A DNA stretch of 63,012 nt, counting the filler, from Perkinsus chesapeaki ATCC PRA-425 (taxonomy: Eukaryota > Protista > Perkinsozoa): the NCBI GenBank assembly GCA_013115145.1. It is 9 parts of 9 records of this genome, joined end to end, with 100 filler letters (N's around TTAATTAATTAA, not from the genome) between each part and the next. Parts side by side here need not be neighbours in the genome. Positions count along the whole stretch, not along the records: positions 55,826 to 61,362 come from JAAPAO010001152.1; positions 61,463 to 63,012 come from JAAPAO010001902.1; 7 more parts are not named here. One strand, written 5' to 3'. A program made the translations under genes and the position numbers. Positions 56,537-63,012 of this stretch are shown here, piece by piece. A model generated the notes under the pieces. That model saw only the letters and a program-made list of their open reading frames with translations. It was not told where the DNA came from and did no database searches. Each line of letters opens with the position of its first letter. The first letter of the stretch is position 1.

Positions 56537-56789
56537 GCCTTGTTCTTATGCCGTCACGAGATTGTCGTCTTTTTGTATTCGAGCCTTTCGAACTACTATG
56601 GATAGTAGCAGTACCCATTGGCTAAGTGATGATGCTTCCCTTCGCTGAAACGGGAAAGCATGCCTGCGAGACTTACGTCCGATGGGTGAGCACCGTGCTC
56701 ACAGCACTAGTATTGTTACTGTGGATGATGTACTTTACTGGTACTGTGGTAAGTAAAAAATGAGGGCCCACTACTCGTACCTGTATTAC

Positions 56790-57378
56790 CATACACCTTA
56801 CTTATACCTGATGACCTCGTTCCTCAAGCTATTAAACAAGCTCACGAATTTAGGTATACTGATGTTCAGCAGACGGTGGATGTACTGCGAGGTCTTTATT
56901 TTTCCCCTGGATGTGGAAAAGAAGTCATGACGAAGTCACCATGTGTGACCGCTGTTTGTTAAATCGTGAACCTGATGCTGTTCTGCCAATGCGCTCGACT
57001 GTGACTAGCATATACCCGTGGCAAACTTTACATAAAGATATAGTATCTTATGGGAATCTACACCTCTTGACTCTAATTGACTCCTCGAAGTTGGGTCCTC
57101 CTCGCCTACTGATAAATGATAATGCTTACAATATGGGTGGTCCCGCAGTCAGAGACTTGTTGGCTATGTATGATATCAAGGTGCAGAAGTCTACTGAAGA
57201 TTATCCTCGTGGTGATTCCGTTGCTGAGCGAGTGCATAAGACACTACACAGGGTAGCTAGACTCTACCAACTTAGAACGCCAGCTGTCAGCTGGCGTTTT
57301 AACCGTGCAGAGTCAGCGCCGCAGACTCACCGGTATAGTTCGCCTCAAGATCGCAACGTTCTAGCTGCTAGAATCTAG
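56790..57378 (+). mobile_element. Degenerate gypsy-like integrase remnant
   Basis: LLIPDDLV..AIKQAH, MWK..CDRC, PWQTLHKD, LLTLIDS, PRLLINDN, YPRGDSVAERVHKTL; frameshifted. Confidence 0.75.
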
Positions 57379-59460
57379 CCTACACACAATAAACTTACTT
57401 GGTAATACCAAGTTGGTATGAGAAGCCCATCATCGCATTGCGAATGTAGCACCACAGAAAGAGCTGTCGTACTATGCTCTGTTGGTGAAATAGTGAGCGG
57501 AGTCAGTAGGGTGTATCCCGCCATAGCTGGACTCCAGCTGTTGGAGCACCGAGCGCGGCGCATGCCATCTTAATCGATTGCTCGTGTCAGACACATGTTC
57601 CGAAACATTCGTCAACCCTACTTTTCAGCAAGTTGTTTAACGTTAATTGTTCGACGGATTTCATTGCTCACGGAGAGGATTTTCCTGGGCGGTTTTCGAC
57701 TTGGTCGAAAACCAAGTTTCGGCATTGGTCACAAAATACCGCTCTTCATGTTGAAGCCTTCAACTACTGTCACAATAGTGAGTCACAGTGTATCACACTG
57801 TCTATTACATCTCTAAGTCAGAGACTCTGACTACTATGTAGCGGTCCGCTTATAGCGGGATCTTACTCTTGCGCATGCCTCCCAGGCTCCCTAGGCTTCC
57901 TAGGCCCTAACCGGTATGGCTCAACGTTGTTCTATTCGCCCCCTCTCTTACGGTTCAGCGAAATCAGCCAAGCCAAGTGGTAATGTCAAGTTGGCATATG
58001 CGCGCTTTGTTATGCCGCTGGCTCACCACGGGTGAGTCTCCAGACCCAATTCGTCTGTTACTAGCGGACCGATAGTATCGTTGGATGTCACCCGTTCTAC
58101 TCACGTCGACGCTCTTGCTGAGCTATGGACCATAGCCTGTGGTTCTGGAGAGCACGTATGCCCCAGATAGTGTCGTCTTCTGCGCCGCGGTTTACAGCCA
58201 AAATCGGCATAGTCCTAGTAGGAAGTATGGTTGAAGCATCGACTTGTTTTCCCCTGACCGGAACTCCTGGGCTTGAGTTCAATTGATCCGGGCCGGATCA
58301 TCCGGCTACAGCTACTTCCATGATGAAAGTTCATGGTGATTCTTCGGGGTCATCGAAATCGAGTAGGTAACACGGTGTTACTAGCACCTTCTGGAGGTAA
58401 AGGCTCTACCATTAGAGTCAGTTCACAAGAACGGTGCAGCATCATTAGTGCTACTATAGAATGATATTGGCCCCGTCAATTTGCCGGGGTCACCGACAAT
58501 TATTGTCGCTGGCAGAGGCGAAGCGACAACTTTCCATCTTTTTTCCATCTTTTGATAAAAATTTCCTTCCTCTATCTTTTTTTCTTTTCAGGAATTTCCT
58601 GGCAGGAAAGAAAAGAAATAATTCCTATCTTCCCTTCCTTCAGCCACCATGCAACATAGCATGCGTCACTTCCCCGTACGGTCTCGATTAGCCTGTCCTC
58701 GGTCTCAAAACAAATGTCAACGGCTTTACTAGTCGGTGACCAGATGCTTGGTTTTTCACTGATTCGGGGCTGGTGGAGCGATTTTTTTCGAGGGTCACTT
58801 AATTCAATTGAGTTAATTGTGCATTTTCCGGCTGTTTCCAGAAATTTCCAACTTCTAAATTTCCGACGGAAATTTCCGAAATGAAACGCTACGCAAAATG
58901 GAAACGAAGCACCCTGTTGTAAGAGAGATATTGCACGTGCTCACAAAAATAAGATGCTTGCAACATGCGATCGCATATTATGGGTCATATATGCGATATA
59001 CGATACTCAGATTCTCAATCATAAAGCGAGACACCCTGGTACTGAATCAGTACTACTGATTAACGCAAGACCGGGATGGGAATGAAGACATTCTTCGGAT
59101 TATTCTCACCTTTAAGATGTAGTGTGTAAATACATATTTTAGGTAAAATACATCTTGGCGCCTGACAAGGCTTGAATGCCAATTTTCAGTAAAAATTGTT
59201 ATCGGGCTGAACAGCGACGAGAGGCACCTCCAGGATTGACGAACACCACAACGGTATTATACCCGAGTGTAAAAAAGCTTTGCGCAAGAATAGCTAGCAT
59301 AAAAATCGATTGACTAATCTATGATTGAACTGGAGATCGTACCGAGCCTTTTCGGCTACTTCTGCCTCTAACATAAATAGCCTGGACTACTACAAAGATT
59401 CTCGAAGAGGACTGACCTATAATTCCTAATACAAGACACCATGAGAGCAAGGCTTACATC

Positions 59461-60375
59461 CTACTGATACGGTTCAACACCCTCAAACAGAAACTTGACG
59501 CTGACATCTTCGGCGTAAACACCATAGATATCGCGCCAATCCAGGTGCGCCCAGTGGGTTGCCCCTCTAATGTAGAAGAGAACCACTTGATTACCCCTAG
59601 GGCATGGTAGTCTCGAGAAACCAGTCGATAATCCTGTACTGACCCATTCATCCTCAGAACGGCAGCCAAGTCTCTGGCCCCAACGGAGGAAGCTTGTCCA
59701 CTTGTTAGGGAAGTTGCCGAAAATACTGCCGCCTTCCCAGGGCACAATGCCATCGACACTGGCTTGAAGGCTGAGGAGAGCCCTGTTATCAATCAAGCCA
59801 CTCGCTTCCAACTTCTGATCACATGTGTTAAGCCCCTCATCACCACCTTCGCCGATAGTTAGAACACCGCTAGTACTAACCGCTTTCTGAACAATACCTT
59901 CGCATAAGAGAGCCTCAATGAGCATTCCACCATTGGAGAACCCATAGCCGTACACAGGAAGATTCCCATGAACTTGACGGCGAGCTCGGATAATGGATTT
60001 CATGTAACCAATATCATCGTTAGTTGAAAAGCAGCATCCGCCAGCATTCCACCCTGAACCTATTGATTCGGGAAGGATGATCTCATACCCGTAAGTATAG
60101 GCATGCTTGCGGAAATCCGTATACCCAAGGAAATAACTGCTGCTTTCACCAAAACCATGAAGAGTAAGGAGGAGATGGGAAACATCTTTCTTCTTAGGAG
60201 TGTAAACTACATAACTTCTGGTACCATCTGGAGTGTCGACTTTCACCGTCTGTTCGGTAACGTGATCGAGATAAGCCGAACTACTACTGGCGATCACGGT
60301 GACTATAAAAGAAAAGTAGAAGGGTAGCTTTGATACCAGATGCATCATCTTGAGTGAGCAAAAAGAACTGATCAA
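59461..60375 (-). CDS. Secreted LpqC/PHB-depolymerase-like alpha/beta-hydrolase esterase, intronless
   Basis: Signal-like N-terminus, RSYVVYTP, LHGFG, WNAGGCC, NDDIGY, nucleophile elbow GFSNGG, acid SVDGIVPWEGG, His in GATHW. Confidence 0.85.
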   Translation of the reverse strand: MISSFCSLKMMHLVSKLPFYFSFIVTVIASSSSAYLDHVTEQTVKVDTPDGTRSYVVYTPKKKDVSHLLLTLHGFGESSSYFLGYTDFRKHAYTYGYEIILPESIGSGWNAGGCCFSTNDDIGYMKSIIRARRQVHGNLPVYGYGFSNGGMLIEALLCEGIVQKAVSTSGVLTIGEGGDEGLNTCDQKLEASGLIDNRALLSLQASVDGIVPWEGGSIFGNFPNKWTSFLRWGQRLGCRSEDEWVSTGLSTGFSRLPCPRGNQVVLFYIRGATHWAHLDWRDIYGVYAEDVSVKFLFEGVEPYQ

Positions 60376-60420
60376 ACCGAGTTGTTCACGCCCCCCTGTT
60401 CGAAAACGTGAGTCACCTTA

Positions 60421-60889
60421 GTGACATTGTCACCTTGGGTGGCAACGTCACCGTGACATGTTTTTATGGCTCGCCTTATATCTCCTCTGCTCCATCTGAT
60501 CCAGTAGAATTACGTCCAGTGGCAGTTGATCCATTCTCATTCCACCCATTGCTTTTTCATCCACTGCCACTCCGTCCATCTCACTTCGGCCAGCCGAGTG
60601 CGCCCACCGCGCGCCATTGTCTTTTCATCCACAGCCCCCCTGTTCGCCAGGTGACAATGTCACCGTGACATGTTTTTATCGCTCGCCTAATATCTCCTCT
60701 GCTCCATCTGATCCAGTAAAACTAACTCCAGTTGTCAGTTGATGCATTCTCATTCCACCCATTGCTTTTTCATCGACTGCCACTCCGTCCATCTCACTTC
60801 GGCCAGCCGAGTGCGCCCACCGCGCGCCATTGTCTTTTCATCCACTGCCTCCTTCAAGGGGCCCCTTGTCCGCAAGGTGACAATGTAAC
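60421..60889. mobile_element. MITE-like element: 17-bp TIRs around a 212-bp tandem duplication
   Basis: GTGACATTGTCACCTTG (60421-60437) versus the reverse complement of 60873-60889 matches 16/17. Internal units start at 60447 and 60659, with a TIR-like copy at 60650-60663. Confidence 0.65.
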
Positions 60890-61462
60890 CGTCAAATTGA
60901 CGGCGTGAATGCCCTCGGAAGCTTTGTAAGCACCGCGGCGGTGTCACTGGCTATACACCTTCTATTATTGACTCGGGCTCGGAGTTCGGGCACCTAACCG
61001 CTGCTCGAACCCCTCCGTGTTCAACTTGCAGGCTTTTTGATCAAGATGGATGCCCCGATGGTGTTCTGGTTCTCCGGCCCCTTCTTCCAGCAGGCATTCC
61101 TCACGGAAGTGCGATCAATCGATGCTTTTGGAATATGCAAGTCATGAAGGCTGATAATACGAAACCAGATGAGCCGGAAAAAGGCTAATTCGACCGGATT
61201 CGAGCCGAGTTGCAGGTCTTCCTGTCAGAATCTAACAGTTAGATGGGATAATGGTAAGAAGGTCATTGCAGCAATCAATCAGTCATCATCTTCCCAAAGG
61301 TGTTATTTTCGGAAGTCCCATGCATTTGGCTGAAGCCTGTTGAAATGGATAAAGATGAGACGNNNNNNNNNNNNNNNNNNNNNNNNNNNNNNNNNNNNNN
61401 NNNNNNTTAATTAATTAANNNNNNNNNNNNNNNNNNNNNNNNNNNNNNNNNNNNNNNNNNNN

Positions 61463-61535
61463 AAAGGCAGATATACTGAAACCTACATAACTTATCATCA
61501 TAGCTCGTCATGCCTAGTGGGCACACGACATCACA
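61463..61535 (-). mobile_element. Terminus of a repeated element (LTR-like), copy 2
   Basis: 73/73 identical to 18395-18467. Confidence 0.6.
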
Positions 61536-62600
61536 ACCAACAGCTCCTTGTCCAGTTCATCTGCAATATTCACTTTTATATTCTCGATCGTAAGATCAAC
61601 TTAAATGTAAATAACAGCGATCTCTCGTAGGTAATCCTAAGATACCCGCTTCTGCGGGCTTTTCCAATACTAGCCACACTTATGTGTATAGCTGGTGTTA
61701 TAGTGACAGCCTTAAATCAGCCAACCCCAGCATCAGACTCTGCAGTAAGGATTGGTGGGCTATGCGTTTGGGCAACCCCTTAACAGGTACATGAAGCACC
61801 TTTAGGTTATGTACTAGCATTAACATCGGCTTGTTGTTATGGCTTATTCACATGTTTGTTGAAGCGTTGGGTAATGACCACACTATTTCACTTAACAATA
61901 ATGTTTAATTTAATCAGGTACTTGACGAAGGCATGATGGTTTATGTGTTCGGTATGTTTGGGATTGTTGCATTTATCATCGGGGTAAACGCAATCGTAAA
62001 CGCTTTGTAAATGGAAGCTTCCCAGGTCCCATCAGTTATAGTCTGCCATTTCACTGGACTTGAAAAGCTGGTATCTCTACGGCGTCATTCAATTCGTGAA
62101 ATGTCTATCTTAGACCCTTCCAGGATGGGGCCAATTTGGGGCTATTACTGCAAATGCTATAATAGGCAGTGTGGTGTCTGATTACATGCTTTCAGTTGCA
62201 GTAGGCTCTATGGGTTTGCCTAACAAGGTCAGCTTACTGTAGGTTATACTTCTGACACCTCTAGCTGCATCATTGGGCTTATCCTTAACAATACCGCTCT
62301 CATTGATAGTTGACAGTAAGCTCCCACTTGATACCAATCGGATTAGTCATTTTAGGTCTAATATTGAGACTCCATACATTCGAGCCCATTTATATTCTTG
62401 GTGCTGGTCTAGTGTTCACAGCTGTAGGAATTATCAGTTGGGATATGTACCATCAGTCACCTCACAGTCACCCTTCACACCTTCCCTTACGCAGGTATCG
62501 AATTGAACGCGAAACATCGAAACCGAAGAATGTTGAGTTTACGCCGTGTGAGAGTAACTCACAAGAAATGAAGGAAACACCCTCGCCGACTAAGCAATGA
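61536..62600 (+). CDS. SLC35F/THI74-like DMT (EamA) transporter, C-terminal part, interrupted at 61535
   Basis: Exons TNSSLSSSSAIFTFIFSI, ILATLMCIAGVIV, GYVLALTSACCYGLFTCLLKRW, VFGMFGIV, ANAIIGSVVSDYM, ASLGLSLTIPLSLIVD, YILGAGLVF. Confidence 0.82.
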
Positions 62601-63012
62601 TCCCGACGGCTCAATAATGGATTGGTTCATTACGAACTGCGCCGGGGCTCTGTACTGCTTTACGATTAAGTTCACCATTTTGGTATAGACTTTATTGGCC
62701 TATTTATCGCTTAACTGAGTTGAGTTAGAGTTACCATGGAAAAGGCACAATTTTCCGAAGGATTGGTCCGAGTCAAGTACCGGGAATAACGCAACAAAGG
62801 GAACCGGCTAAGGAAGGAAGCAACCGCTAGTCCTTTTAACGTAGGAAAATGCATTTAAAACAACTTGATGATGCTGACCGCACCTTGAAAGTTTAATGAA
62901 CACGTATTAAAATAAACATCATCTTTGAACAACAATTATAGATGATTAAACAAAGAGCACCTTTGGCTCAGTAGTAATAGAAGGCTCATTCTTCTCAGTC
63001 ATATTATCAAAT

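Noticed and set aside
57691-57713. 10-bp-arm palindrome GGTTTTCGAC-TTG-GTCGAAAACC (similar hairpins at 11465-11493 and 13553-13569)
   Set aside because: Isolated short hairpins without terminator, Helitron CTRR or repeat context; weak evidence alone.

Overview
Eukaryotic nuclear DNA, not one locus. It is nine unrelated contigs joined by artificial 100-bp linkers (44 N + TTAATTAATTAA + 44 N), plus one ordinary 96-N gap. Contigs: 1-18293, 18394-39127, 39228-41643, 41744-43327, 43428-51861, 51962-54488, 54589-55725, 55826-61362, 61463-end. Adjacency across linkers is meaningless. Many short GT-AG introns, a secreted pepsin-like protease, MATH-domain and HPR-like proteins suggest an alveolate, probably a Perkinsus-like perkinsid (inference, not proven). 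Host genes assembled by hand across introns: SNF2/BRM-type remodeller with bromodomain, queuine tRNA-ribosyltransferase, tRNA-Ile(TAT), HPR-like helical-repeat protein, MFS transporter, NASP-like histone chaperone, tandem-MATH protein, coiled-coil protein, aspartyl protease, LpqC-type esterase with a pseudogene copy, and an SLC35F-like transporter. The rest is a diverse transposon load: apparently intact spliced hAT and MULE transposases; LTR gag, Pao-like pol and integrase remnants; DIRS-type RT and tyrosine recombinase remnants; Helitron and Harbinger remnants; a MITE-like dimer; four tandem arrays. I found no CRISPR array or clear new multi-gene system. The best leads are one LTR-like end inserted in exons of two different transporter genes, a tRNA with perfect acceptor/D/T arms but a broken anticodon arm beside a gag gene, a Pao/DIRS/gypsy-mosaic pol, a MULE with a tandem-repeat-encoded N-terminus, and a bacterial-type secreted esterase pair. 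All homology calls are by-eye motif recognition; no database search was run.
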